Part shown: positions 1 through 13,520 of the stretch, piece by piece | Position numbering within the stretch: position 1 is the stretch's first letter | Layout of the letters: the number at the start of each line of letters is the position of its first letter | Source of the DNA: Octopus vulgaris | Taxonomy: Eukaryota | Assembly (NCBI GenBank): GCA_951406725.2 | Contig: OX597820.1 | Coordinates: 93,124,001 to 93,188,000 of the forward strand | Length of the DNA: 64,000 nucleotides | Direction of reading: 5' to 3' | Notes under the pieces: model-generated | Seen by the model: the letters and a program-made list of their open reading frames with translations, nothing else | Told to the model about the DNA's origin: nothing | Databases searched by the model: none | Translations under genes and position numbers: made by a program

Positions 1-980
1 TTCCCAAATGAAAACCATGAATAGAATCAGTGACGTGTTATAGAAGAGTTCTATGATATATTGGTTCCCGCTTACCAGAATAACAGATTATCTTCGATTG
101 CAAGTCTCACTTTCTCCTCATTATTGCTGATCGAAACGCAGTGTTAACTTTCTAACATATTACAATCTCGATTTTAACGTAGCATGTTAGCAGTTGTCTC
201 TCTTCTCAGCTCATACGGGAGAAATATTTCAGATTTTCTCATCAATGAACTCATTCTTTTATGCCAATGAAAAGAGAGAAAAAGAAATAGCTTGTCAGAT
301 ATATAAGCCAATTTTTCCACCCATTTTTTTTTTATCTACTCGGGCATTTTTCAGGTTGATTCTCTGAGCTGTTTGTATGCAAAATAATGATAAATTAGCA
401 AACACTGTACAATCCATGCTACCCCCATCTGCTCAAACCAATGAAGTGTACTTCGCCATGTTCCTTCTAGAAGGGGTAGTAAAATAAATATGTTATTAAG
501 TCTGGACCTTGGAATTAGAATCCATAATTTGAGGCAGAGGCGAGATTTGTAAAACTGACGTGTTACCAAAAATTGCTAGTTATGCCGAGAAGGTCGAATT
601 TAAAGCAATGTTTGTTAAAATTAGTGGTAAGGGTTGGCTTGTGGGCTGTAGAAAGAAGTGAGTTTTGATGCTTCCACGAAAAAATAAAATCATTTATTCA
701 AATAAGAGGTCTTTTCCGTTAGTCATAACTCATGTTATACGATCTTATACATAGATTTTTATGAAGAATCTTTTTTAAAAACTTATTGTCGTGTGTGATA
801 TCCAGTATTCCAAGTATTAATCCGGCATACTCCAATTTCGTCTACTTTCTCTTTCTCGAATAATCAAAATTTGGCTGCCCAGGCCAGGAGAGGAATCTTC
901 AGTTAAATTTCGTTCTTGGTGTCCTTCAATTATTCAGGCATCTTTCTAGTCTCTGATAAGTCATCTAACACACAAAAGAG

Positions 981-1195
981 GCAGCCGTTCAAGAATTTGG
1001 ACCTGGAGATCTCCCTTTCCAGCGACCTCGAGGGCCACCTCCCAGTGGTGTCGGGCGTCAACGAAGAGCCCTCGACTACAACAAGACGACCAAAGTTGTT
1101 TTTTTTCCAAGGTCTGGAGTCTCCCGCCCCTAAGCCCTAGACCATCACCTATTCACCCTTACCCGTCTGGTTGCTTAACAACAACAACAACAACA
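981..1195 (+). repeat. ~210-bp GC-rich interspersed repeat with (AAC)n tail, copy 1
   Basis: Closely matches 25292-25495 along its whole length (gcagccgttcaagaa...cccttacccgtct..ttg.ttaacaac). Confidence 0.85.
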
Positions 1196-1253
1196 AAAGA
1201 GGCTCTATTACACAATTGTTGATGTTGTTGCTTATGAAGTTTTAGATTATAAG

Positions 1254-1446
1254 ATGGTTGTGGTGGTGGTGGTGGTGGTGGTGGTGGTGGTGGTACTGCT
1301 GCTGTTGCAGCTTCTAGCAATGGTGCTGCTGGTGCTGCTGTTGGTGGTGGTGGCGATGGCGGCGATGGCGGCGATGGCGGCGATGGCGGCGGTGGCTGCG
1401 GTGGCGGCGGTGGTGGTGGTGATGGTGGTGGTGGTCGTCGTCGTCG
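1254..1446. repeat. Compound trinucleotide microsatellite (GGT/GCT/GGC)
   Basis: Directly visible. Confidence 0.95.
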
Positions 1447-1717
1447 TATAGATGATATAATACCAGTAAAAGCAGGAAAGTGAAGTAAATGCTATACAGC
1501 GTTTAGTTTTGTTCCTTAACGATTCAGATCAAATGCTATTCAGTCAAATTGTTCTTTTCATATCTCCATATTCAATAACATAATTATGGGTAATATACTT
1601 GGGTCGATTCAATCGACTATACAGCATCCCTAATAAACATCGACCTCGTTTCTAGTTAAGCAAAATCAATATAGCCTCCGTTAGTTTATATACACACTAG
1701 TTCAGTAGTCATAGTAT

Positions 1718-1828
1718 ATGTGTGTGCGTGCGTGTGTGTGTATGTGAGGGAGTGTTTGTTCTGTGTGTGTGAGAGAGAGAGGGTGTGTCTGTTTCAGTGT
1801 GTGCGTGTGTGCGTGTGTGTGTGTGTGA

Positions 1829-1918
<90 letters not shown>
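1718..1918. repeat. (TG)n microsatellite
   Basis: Directly visible. Confidence 0.95.
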
Positions 1919-1919
<1 letters not shown>

Positions 1920-2302
1920 CACGTTGTCATTTTGGTTAGCAACAGCCAAGACTGCAATGTAAGTTCGAGACCTAATTAGACCACTTTACTTGACCCCCGT
2001 TCTTCTGATTTTCCATCGAAGCCAAAAGCAAGGGGTCTGGTCGGCCCAGATGACTTTTTTTCCACATCACATAAATGTCAGGTTGATCAGCTCTGATCAA
2101 CTCAAATTTTGGCACCGGGAGATAACCCGCCTAAATGATATTATGCAATCTACATCGCTCTTTTTCTAGATTCGCTCCTAGTGTAGTGAACGACTGACGT
2201 TGGTCCATTAGAATCCTTTTAACAACATCATTGTTTACCAATTTTGATATAAAATTATATCAATAGGCATCATGTGATGTGATACCGTATCGTGTTTGAC
2301 TA

Positions 2303-2550
2303 TGGAGGCGCGTGGCTTAGTGGTTAGGGTGTTGAACTCATGAACGTAAGGTTGTGGTTTCAATTCCTGGACTGGGCGATGCATTTTGTTCTTGGGCAAA
2401 ACACTTCATTTCACGTTGCTCCAGTCCACTCAGCTGGGAAGAATGAGTAATCCAGCGACGGAACGGCGTCCCGTCCAGATGGGGAATTTCTTCGCCACTG
2501 AAACCGGGAAACCGGCCCTTATGAGCCTGGCATCGCTCGAGAAGGAACAT
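2303..2550 (+). mobile_element. tRNA-derived SINE, family A (tail variant 1)
   Basis: A box tggcttagtgg, B-box-like ggtttcaattcc, central ttcttgggcaaaacacttcatttcacgttgctccag shared with 26186-26519. Confidence 0.8.
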
Positions 2551-2667
2551 TTATTTATTTTTATCGTGTTTGACTAAACATAGGTTCACTAATTGTTACC
2601 TTCATACACTCAAAAGCTTGTACTGTAAAATTAAAGCGTTGTTTGTTCTTAATATTTTACTAACATG

Positions 2668-2800
2668 TGAGTTCAAATTACGAAGAGGTCGATTTTGCCT
2701 TTCATTCTTTCAGAGTCTAGTTGAACTCTGGGGTCGATGTAATCGACTTACCCACCCCTCCGAACTTACTGGCTTTCTGCCTAAATTTGAAATCAATATT
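2668..2800 (+). mobile_element. SINE family B, partial
   Basis: gagttcaaatt...ggtcgattttgcctttcatt...ggggtcgatgtaatcgactt matches the 14102-14327 family. Confidence 0.7.
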
Positions 2801-2935
2801 TTACTTACAAGCACTATTATAGAGTTATCAGAAAGGGATGCCGATGAAATATTTAGATAAAATGTGATTTTGCAATGTTCGTGCTTTTACTATATAACAT
2901 TACAAATAGCTTGTAAATTTGGCAAAACCAAAATG

Positions 2936-3818
2936 CGAGGGGTTACCCAAAAGTAACCGGAAACGTTCTCTGTGGGACAAACCCGCATTTGTTCAGACTT
3001 CCGCCACTAGAAGTCATTTGATGCAACCCTCAGGCATCAGTTTGCCGACCGGTATTATCCTGAGTAGTCGTACTGTAACGTGATGCGTTTTTTTTGTTGC
3101 TTTTTTTGCAGTGATTCTCTCATGTACGTCGATTTTTGCGATGGCTGAAAAGAAGGAACTGCGTGCTTCCATGAAATTCTGTTTTCTGCTGGAGAAAACG
3201 GCGGCTGAAACAGTTGTCATGCTTCAGAAAGCTTACAAGGACGATGTCATGAACAAAACACAAGTTTACGAGTGGTTTCCATGCTTTAGGAGTGGTCACT
3301 TGTTGCTTGAAGACCAACCCAATTCAAGACGACCGTCGACCTCCCGAATGAATGAAAACATCATAAATATTCATGATCTGTTATTGGTGCACCGTCACCG
3401 AACAATTAACTGACTTGTTGATATGACTGGTGTGTCCAGGAGCGCCTGCCAACGATTTTTGAGCGAGGAGTTGCAAATGAAAAGAGTTGCCGCAAAATTT
3501 GAGCCTCGCTTGCTCACGGAAGATCAAAATGCGCGTTGTGAACTGAAACAGCAGTTGGAAGTTGATCTGCACCTTTTTCCGAAGTTCATCACTGGTGACG
3601 AAAGCTGGTGCTACGGAATTTGCAGATGTGGAAGAGGTGAAGAAAAAACGACGGAGGCGTTACAAGGCATCACATTGCAAGAGTTCCAAGTACTGCTTCG
3701 AATTGTGGAAAAAAAGCGCATGGACCGATGAATTGCTTCAAATGGAGAATTCTTTGAAGGTGATGAAAGTATAAACATATAAATATGTAAAACTAAGTTT
3801 CTTTGGGGTGCCCTCACG
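2936..3818 (+). mobile_element. Mariner (Tc1/mariner) transposon, internally deleted and non-functional
   Basis: Degenerate TIRs (cgaggggttacccaaaag / ctttggggtgccctcacg, followed by TA). Transposase HTH ...MKFCFLLEKTAAETVVMLQKAY...VYEWF, then ITGDESWCYG joined directly to the C-terminal FADVEEVKKKTTEAL...NGEFFEGD. Confidence 0.9.
3141..3781 (+). pseudogene. Mariner transposase pseudogene lacking most of the catalytic domain
   Basis: ORF pieces 3111-3413, 3423-3731 and 3562-3774; internal stop and frameshifts. Confidence 0.85.
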
Positions 3819-4672
3819 TATTTCAGAAATAACGTTTACTAGAATGTATTATAAAACAAGGAGGTTACTTTTGCTGTGTTCTATCGCACTAACGGTATGT
3901 TCTTGTATTTGAAAGACTTCAATCCGAAGCGAACATAAAGGACACTGTGTATGAGTTTTTGTATTCTCTAAATGCAATCTCGGTTTCTAAGATAAAGTAG
4001 TATATAAATGAAGGTTCCTCTGTTTGTAATTATTTTGCCCTCAGTAACAACCTCTAGCAACACAAAATAACCCAAGTCAAGCACCAACCTGCATCACACA
4101 ATGAAAAGCGAAGCAGGTAATCTTACAGTCAAAGACCAGATTGTATGGTCGACTATGAAGTCAACAGCAGAATTCAGTAGAGTTTACAGAGACCATTCAT
4201 TGGAAAAAGAGCTGCAACCTTAAAACAAATTTTAAGGTCAACGGAGCCATTATGGTGCCAATTTTATCGTATGTCATTGAAACATGGACTGTTTACAGCT
4301 GGTACGCCACAGTGATTAACATAAACTGCATGTACAAAATGATGTGCATGTGTTTCTAGAACAAGGTGCAAGACATTTAACGTCCTCATAACAAGCAGTG
4401 TTGCTAAGCTTCCACATCCTCTTAAGCAGGACCCAGAGTTGCTAATATATAGGGGCAAATGTGGATAATTCACTCAATAATTCTCAATAAATTACGGCAT
4501 TGTGCCCGTATAATCTATCAATATTTTGGATTAAAAGAACTATTAAAAGAGTGTCACAAAATGTTTTGTGGCATATGCTCATATCCATTTATATTCTGAG
4601 TTCAAAATCCATCAAATTATTCCATGGGTGATAAATACATTCAGCAAAATACATCATATATATGTGTGCGAG

Positions 4673-4753
<81 letters not shown>
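4673..4753. repeat. (GATA)n microsatellite
   Basis: Directly visible. Confidence 0.95.
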
Positions 4754-4944
4754 GTCTTTATTAAGCTAATAAATCCTTCATTCCTCAACTCCCGAAAGAG
4801 TTGTAGTATAGTATCGTAACTTGAGGAATGTCTTGGCAATTTTACACCTGTCGGAATGGGCCCATTCCACTCTGAGTTTACACAAGGCCTATTTCTTACA
4901 TAAATTTAAGAAGGAGAACTATCTGAGCACCTTATTGCAGGAGT

Positions 4945-5080
4945 GATACTTTATTTACCAACCCTGAAAAGATGAAAGGCAAAATTTACTTCAGTGTCAT
5001 TTGAACTCAGAGCATACAGAATAGAAACGAATACCAGAGGGAATTTTAACCAACGATTTAACGACTCTACCAACTCGCAG
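4945..5080 (-). mobile_element. SINE family B, degenerate
   Basis: gatgaaaggcaaaattt...atttgaactcaga is the reverse complement of the family B core. Confidence 0.6.
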
Positions 5081-5399
5081 CTTAAACTGCTGAATATTAG
5101 AATATGAGAAATGAAATTGCGAGTGATGTAATAATATAACCTATCTAATACTTAAACTAAGTTTTATTACAGAAATATGAATAACAGCTACATTAGGAAG
5201 TTTTCTCAGTTATGAAATATTACTCACAAATACATATGCCTCTGTGTGTGTACATGAGTGTGTGTGTTCGTGTACGTGTGTGCATGTGCGTCTGTGTGTG
5301 TGTGTGTATGTTTGTGTGTGTGGCTGAATGCTACTGTCTACAGTCATCCGCTCCTACGTACACGTCGACTTATATGTATTTAAGTACGTACATGTATAT

Positions 5400-5550
5400 A
5401 GCGCGTGATCGAGTCGTTAGGATGTTCAACTCACGATTATAACCTCGTGGATTTCATTCCTAGGTTGTGCGTTGTGTTCTTGAGCAAGGCACTCTATATC
5501 AAGTGTAGTCTCGTTTAAAATGTTTCAAGTCTAGTCAGCTGAAAATGAGC
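5400..5550 (+). mobile_element. SINE family A, degenerate head and central domain
   Basis: gcgcgtg...gttagg...ttgtgttcttgagcaaggcact. Confidence 0.55.
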
Positions 5551-5596
5551 AACAACGTAAAACCAAAGTATCTCTCTCCCCCCTCTCTCTCTCTTA

Positions 5597-5645
<49 letters not shown>

Positions 5646-5664
5646 CACTTATATGTATATAAAG

Positions 5665-5918
5665 GGTAAAGACCCCCTTCGGTCATGAATGACCATGGGA
5701 TTGCACCTAGAAAGTTACCCTCCTAGACACAAGTCCGGGCAAGGTTGTTTATGGAAGACCAGCAGTCGCCCATGCATACCAGCCTCCCCTCTCCACGCCA
5801 CCAGTGTTATCCAAGGGAAAGACAAAGGTCGATACAGCTTGGCACCAGTGACGTCGCAACTCATTTCTACAGCTGAGTGAACTGGAGCAACGTGAAATAA
5901 AGTGCTTTGCTCAAGAAC

Positions 5919-5924
<6 letters not shown>
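5665..5924 (-). mobile_element. SINE family A (tail variant 2), headless young copy
   Basis: Near-identical reverse complement of 26261-26519; tRNA head absent, (TA)n in its place. Confidence 0.9.
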
Positions 5925-5978
<54 letters not shown>

Positions 5979-6001
5979 TATCTAGTTATCTATCTGTCTC
6001 A

Positions 6002-6032
<31 letters not shown>

Positions 6033-7197
6033 TTCTCACACGCTCACCACATCTGTCATATTCTCGATGTTCCGCTGGCTCAAGTGGATAGAGGAGCCGA
6101 CAGTGTATCTATATTTGCATGCAACTGCATAGACGTCTAAATAAATAGCGGGAAAAACGCTACACGTTATTAGGGCATACTCGCGTGCAAGTGACGATTA
6201 TTGTTATATATACATAGACATGTGTATGTGCAGAGTAGGGAATACAGAGAGTTTAAAACCAACAAAGAACCAAAATCAGAAGAAAGATCGCAATTTATGC
6301 ATTCGAATTACAATATCGTGATGCTGTTAATTGAAAGGGTATGTGATTCTGTGTAGCGCTCGGCCTCTTGCACGTAAATTTCACGAGCAAGCGGATCCAT
6401 TGCTCGTACCAAGTAGAACACTCGTTGTCGTAACCGACGGAGTGCCAGTAACTTTATCATTTCTCGTTGAAATTTGAACAGGTTTATTCCTTTCCTTCCG
6501 CTGCAAATGGGACTTTTTTTATGACCGATGTTATGGTGAGTGGTCTACTTCGTTCAGATCTAGAGGTCAAAACTAGTTTATGCTATATTCGTCAAGGTAG
6601 TCATCTAAGTTTTGAGTTTTAAAAGGCCTTGCTCGTTGGTATCGACATCGCAAAATATTGCTTTCACAAAACAGTTCATTTTTTTTTTCTCATCAAAAGC
6701 AATACCGATAGGTGGTCATAAACATACTATATCCATGCTACCAGCAAGGTAACCTGTAAGGACTCAAGATTGATTGCCCTCTGGTTTTGCTGAGCTCTTC
6801 AAACGTCAGAAGACGTCTTGGTTAATGGTATATGATCAATGAGAGAAAGTAAGACAGCTTGTACTTGATGGATATATAGTATCACAAGAAAAAAGTCGGG
6901 TTGCAAATGGATTCGAAGTAGAATTGTAATACTTTTCATGCCCTTTCAATTCAGTATATCCTTCACTGTGGTTTGGACGTTGCTTTTAGTTCAACGTCTC
7001 GGCTGGGGGATACTACAACACATTCTTATGTGAACAGTAAGTAGATTTCGATCTTTTCCTTACCTTGTTCGGCCCTATAAAATTGCTATCTAACTGCATC
7101 GACCCGACACAGTTATACAAACTCTGCACAGGCATTCTCCTGCGCTTGATAGCAGGTACATCATTACCCTAACCATCCAATTCGCACGCACACATAC

Positions 7198-7264
<67 letters not shown>

Positions 7265-7524
7265 ATATATTATATATATGAAAGCTGAATTGTGCCGAGC
7301 GAATGAAAGAGAAGTCCTCAATACATGTTGCAGAGTATATAGCTTATTAAAACTAAATACTGACGTCACAACTCGAGTTTTATGCCACTGTGGTCTTTGG
7401 GTAAGAACCTATTCTCGCCTGAAGATCGCTATAATATAAAACACAACTCGCAAGAAAGATATTTGTACTTATTACCATTTTATGTCAATAATATAATTTT
7501 GTGTCTATTTTTGTTGTGAGTATA

Positions 7525-7724
<200 letters not shown>

Positions 7725-8733
7725 AATATTTTATATTATATTATATTGGTGTGGGCAAAAAAAAACTTAACTCTGAGCTCAATATACGCAGGTTGGCAAT
7801 TACCCGCTTCTTTAACTTATTCTAAATGGTAATAGGGATTTGTAAAAGGAAAGACACTTTCACAGTTAACGAAGTTTCCCTTGGGATGTAATTGTTACAG
7901 TATTGAAATTTCACAGTTAGCTGCAACGTATTTTATAAGATGTCGTGAGCACTAAATCACCGCTGCAAGAATTATATTACCATAACACAAGCATACGCAT
8001 GAGATTTTAACATTAGAACATAATAGACGTATATATGCGTGTATATGTGTGTATACGTGTACATATGTGTATATATAATATATACATATATACATATATT
8101 TATATATATATATGTGTATATATATATGTATGTATGTATTGATGGATGTATGAATGGATGAAATGGATGAAATGAATGGACACGTGTGTATATAGAGTGA
8201 TACGTACATACATCTATACATACATGCATATATACATATATATTACGTGCCTTTGAAAATATCACGTTAGCTCGGTGTAGTTAACTGCGGGGTATGATAA
8301 GCTAAGCTCACTACACGCTATAATATCGGAAATCTTTACAGTGATATAAATAACACACTTCACTCTAGGGAATGGGAAAAATTAGGGTGGGATAATTTCA
8401 GAAGAATGATATAAAATACCGACTTCATCTGAATCGAGAGAAGAAAAGAAAAATAATTCAATATGATAAACTAGTTTGAAACCAAACCTGAGAACTAATC
8501 CTCAGACATGCGGCCCGTAAGATATTACATTGGCTATCACTTTACTATGTTGTAAGATATCTTTTTCGATAGATAATGGGAAATGTTGAGAGTGGAGTAT
8601 CATAAAATAATGCTTTGAGAAGTTTTAAAAAAAACTTCTTACGATACGTTAAAAACATTACCGATATTATACTGTTCGAAATTCGTAAAAAAAAACTTTA
8701 AAAATGATATGACATATTTTATTTTATCTAAAT

Positions 8734-9002
<269 letters not shown>

Positions 9003-9019
9003 CAGGTAGGTTCGAGACT

Positions 9020-10510
9020 AGAGTTCTCTATGTAGAATACATTTCGAAGTGTTCAAGAGTCGGTAGATGACAAGCAAGTTAGGCAAATCGATTTACACAG
9101 AATATTATATACATTTAACAGAAATATTGATATAAAATACTCCGACTTACGGAATATAAATATCAGGAGTTAAATGGGTAGATATTTTTTAGTTCAACAG
9201 CTGCTTCTGGGGGCATTGGGAGTCCGGAATAATGATAGTTACTTGAATCCTTTATCGGATAACACCACCTCTGTCTTCAGGGAAGAATTTTGCATTGAAG
9301 AATTTTACATTTGAGGAGTTGACAGGATGGACTTTAAGATGGAATGATTTTGTGGAGAACTGTGTTAAAAAGGGGTGCTGGGGAGTTTAGATAGAGAGTA
9401 GTAGAAGAAGAAAATAGACTTAAGGGATAGGGTTTATAATAAGGATAGTGATAGTAGTAGAGGTGGAAAGTGGGGGGAAAGGGGAAAGGTAGTATAGGTA
9501 GTATGTGAATGATGATCTTTGTGATAGTTTCTATGAAGGCTATACACTTAAGGGTTGAGATAGTGAAAAGGGCTTGTTATTAATTGGAGAAATGAATTGA
9601 CTGGTTCAGTAGCTAAGGGGAATGGGAAGGTGGTCAAAAGTAGTTGTTAGTGGTACAAAGGAATTGGGTTGGTATTGGAAGGGGTGTTGTGGTAAAGGGA
9701 GAAATATTCAATTGAATTGAGAGATGCAAGTAAGGAGGTGGTAGAGGTAGATTGGTTAGTTTAAAAAGGTGTGGGGCTTTGTTAAGTGCTGTTTGAGATT
9801 GGGGAGCGTATGGAGGCTAAGAGGAAAGTGGGAAGTGGTTGATTTGAAGATTTGGAAGAAATTTGAGATGTGTATATGGAGAGGAATAAGATAATGGGGT
9901 TTAGTATTTATTAAGTAATAGGTTGCAAGGTTGACTTTGTTTTAGATTAAGGTTATTTGGGGTATGGAAGTTTATTATAGGATTATATAGATTTAGTGAA
10001 GTGCGAGAAAGTTGAGTAGTATCTATGTTTACAAGAATATATAACATCAGAGAATCTATTGAGTAATGAGGAGTTGTGAAGGCGAAGAATGGTTAATGGT
10101 TCTTTTAGACATAACTTACCGATAATTGCGTTGTATGGGGGAGCTTCATACAGGATAGGGTGTATGGAATATTTTGCGATTTGCGGTTGTGTATGTACGT
10201 GGCTAAGGAGGTAGATAGTTTAGAGTTTGGATTAGTGAGAGTTCATATGTGCACGGTAGCTTCACTTGAAATCTACTGTACCGCCGATATATACCCTTGA
10301 TTGATGTGAACAGGGTGTTATAACACAGCACTTGTAGATCACATTTTTACAGGAGCCTGCAAGAGGGCATAATTTAGAAGTGTGACAGATGCAAGTTTTT
10401 CTACCTGCTCCGTGGTTGGGGTTTACTACTAGTGAGGTTGAGCTTGGTTGGTTTGTTGTTAGTGGGGGAGAACCTTAAGTGTAATTTGTATTTGTATTGG
10501 ATTGGGAGGT
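9020..10510 (-). mobile_element. Penelope-like retroelement (Naiad-type), 5'-truncated and degenerate
   Basis: C-terminal GIY-YIG remnant, long C/A-rich 3' region, terminal repeat with decayed CTGAAGA...GAAgCAGCTGTT motif. Confidence 0.75.
9983..10400 (-). pseudogene. PLE GIY-YIG endonuclease domain remnant
   Basis: Manual minus-strand translation: KTCICHTSKLCPLAGSCKNVIYKCCV...RVYIGGTVDFK*SYRAH; STSLATYIHNRK...YTL; APPYN...LCLKE...LLNRFSDVIYSCKHR*. Fits the CxC..CPLxGxC..VIY..YIG.T..FK..H and LCLxE..LLNxxSE...CxH pattern. Confidence 0.8.
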
Positions 10511-11009
10511 GTATGTATGTACGTACGTACATATGTATGTATGTATATACACACTTGAAGTCACATGGAGCCGAATTAATACTTGTAGCTCCTACTAAAT
10601 ATGTTGAGTACCTTTTTATTTCGTTTGTCCAATCATTTATATATATATGTATATATATATATAACCCTCAACACAGGTACCATACTATGCAGAATTGGAA
10701 AAAGTGTGCACCATTTCACTCTGGTATGTTCGGGTTGAATTTATAGTGCGAAAAAATAAGTTGAATCACCATTAAAAGGTAGACAACCAAAAGTGTGTTG
10801 AACTGAAATACTGTCCCTCGGAGATTCCAAATAGGTTTGTGTAATAAGGTGAATGTACGGCCTGTTAAAACTATGGTAATTTTTACAAAGTACGCAACAG
10901 AGTTATAACTTTACGTCGTGAAATAAATATCACTATCTTTAGTATCGGTACATCTGGAATAAACTTCTTTCTGTCCCTCCGGAGTCGATGACAATAGTAC
11001 AGATATGGA

Positions 11010-11215
11010 TTTCTGGCACCAGCACAAAGTCCCAAATTTTGATGGGGTGGGATATATTCAATTAGATCCATCTCGGCACTTGACTGATACGAATTTTATC
11101 GCCGCTAGAAGAACTTAAGGTAAAAGTGCCCCCAGCGGGATATTTGATTTCGTAACGTAAAGTGATACAAATACGCTTGTGGCCACCAGGAGTTTTGTTT
11201 GATGCTATCGATTTC
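11010..11215 (-). mobile_element. SINE family B, degenerate
   Basis: ggcacc..cacaaag..ccaaatttt...attttatcg...aaggtaaaagt...atttga. Confidence 0.5.
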
Positions 11216-11255
11216 GCCATTAATGCAAATAATCAAAATGATATAGCGTGCCATT

Positions 11256-11390
11256 CGGAGCGTGTAGCCCAGTGGTTAGAGTGTTGCATTCATGAACCTG
11301 AGATCGTGGTTTCGAATACCGAACGGGCGGGGTGTTGAATTTTTGAGCAAAGCACTTCATTTTACGTTGCTTTGTGACCACTTCAACGTC
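11256..11390 (+). mobile_element. SINE family A head
   Basis: gcgtgtagcccagtggttagagtgttg...ggtttcgaatacc...ttgagcaaagcacttcattttacgttgct. Confidence 0.7.
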
Positions 11391-13419
11391 TAAAGTCGAT
11401 TTGATTGAGAGTGTAAGCGATTGTGCTACACTATACTTTATTACTATAAACAAATCATCAGATTATTCAGCAAGAAATCTTCTTTCTTGGACTCGAGAGA
11501 CTACCAAGAAAAATAGCGTGCCGATAGGAGTCGCCATGCTCTCAATCAACATGCTAGAAACAGCAACCAAGCACACCTCAAGTAAAATCCTGCTGTCATG
11601 AATGAAAAGGGTCACACTCAACTATGTAGGCCTAAATGCCATAAAACCTAAGATGGTCACGACTGGCGTATCAGTGATCATAAATATGCTTATACAAGAC
11701 TTGACGATAAGGAAATCAAGTACTAATATAGTGAGTGGGTTCCTTAACACAAATAAATTCTCAGTAAACTTAGTGATTCAGACGTATGCTGTCTTCTTTA
11801 TGTATTCCACTGAAAACATGAATATACAACTTCTATTCCTTTATCAACATGAAAATACATGAATATACAACTTCCTTTTTTTTTTTATCAACTAAAATTC
11901 ACAGGACAGATAAACTGTACGTGGATTCCTCTAATCAAGAAAGTGAAAATCATTATCTTCGTTAATCGCATCAGCACTGGACAGAGACGATTATTAATAA
12001 ATAGCGATAAATATGATAAAACCATATATAAATGGGTATTATTACATCAGTATTAGATAGAGATAAGTATCAGTTAATAAGTAATACAGAAACAACGATA
12101 TGTATTATAGAAATATAGAGATAGGGTATTATAGAAATGTAGTTGCTGTTTTTGTTGCTATTGTTGTTATTGTAGTTGTCGTAATTGTTGTTAGTGTTTT
12201 GCTTGTTTAGTCTCAACCAGATATGATTGCACAGAGCTACAGTGAAAGACATTCAAGCAGTGGTATTCTAGCTTGTCATACGCAGTGTATCTGCATAATC
12301 TAGTGAGTCATTTGTTTAAGACGATAAAGTATGTGATTCGAGTGTATGCCCTTGCTATTTCTAGCATGTCTGACGACCTCCTAGATGCTCCAACGTCGTT
12401 TCTATCTTCTGATATTAACCTTAAAAGCAGTGAAGTGATGATAGGCTACTGGTTTAATTGTAAATCTATATTTATTTGCGAGACACATCTTGAATCCAAA
12501 CATCTATCTGCCGAAATTGTAAGTCAAAAACGCATTTCACGAGCCAATGAGAGAATCTATTCACAGTCTTTTGACCTTCTAGAACTAGCAGCCAAATATT
12601 CCTCAAATCACTCGCTAGTGTGTCAAAAAGAGAGGGACATTGCCTTATGTAAAATAAGACACACTACATAACAAGTTGTTTAGCTGAGGTAAACAACAGC
12701 ACCTATTACAGCAACTGTGATTTTCATCCCTTTATTGCAACACAATGCAGTGTTTTAGCCTTTATGTAACCTAAGGTTTATTGTATATAATATCTCAGTT
12801 GATTTTATATTTTAATAAATATGTAGGCAGTAAAAGAATTGGTATTCTCGACCCTCTCAGAATTATTCTGCGACCTAGCTCATAGAATTATGACAACAGT
12901 GCAACAAACCTACTATACAATGAAAATGTTTAGTGGTAATGACGTTTATTTTATTTCCAGGTGCGAATTACAGTTGTGGCTAATGATGGTTACCGCTCTT
13001 AAATTGATAGCAGTGACGGTAGTTATGCCATCGGCTTCCAAAACTCCAGCATATTTATGTCTATTGTGTATATCATTCTTTCATTTATCTTCGGTAAATT
13101 TAAACTTTCGCTTTTATAATAAATCTCTTACTTCATAACAAGGGTTCTACACTTGGAAATGCCATATTTCTAATGTCATTGCTAAATATTCACACAGTAT
13201 TTAGAAGGGTTCTTAATTCCTTCTCTGACTTCAGTTCCGCCTTTGCAATTCATGGATGACCAAGCTTTAGACCATTCCTGAATTGCATATGATTTACTAT
13301 CCTCTGGTCTTTTCCTGGGCGATATCCAGCTTTTACTTTCCTTAATTCTGGGAAGAGTGGGATAAGATCAATAATAGATGATATAGGTGATAATCTATTT
13401 TTCCGGTCTCATGTTGGAA

Positions 13420-13520
13420 ATGAAGTACTGGAGTCGATTCATTCGACTGAAATGTTCTTCAAAGTGGTGCCCCAGCATGGCCGCAGTCTAGTAACTGAAA
13501 CAAGTAAAAGGTAAAAGGTA
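13420..13520 (+). mobile_element. SINE family C, 3' end
   Basis: gtactggagtcgattcattcgact...ggtgccccagcatggccgcagtc...ctgaaacaagtaaaag. Confidence 0.75.

Noticed and set aside
6040-6130. Possible minus-strand first exon (ATGACAGATGTG|gtgagc)
   Set aside because: A single donor-like site with no downstream exons or homology; expected by chance
7355-7450. Decayed HHR-like palindrome aactcgagtt with a nearby ctgaaga
   Set aside because: Core is mutated in both orientations; cannot be supported
10262-10266. In-frame TGA in the PLE GIY-YIG remnant as possible selenocysteine
   Set aside because: It falls at the variable position of FKxRY rather than a Cys position, and the copy has other stops and frameshifts
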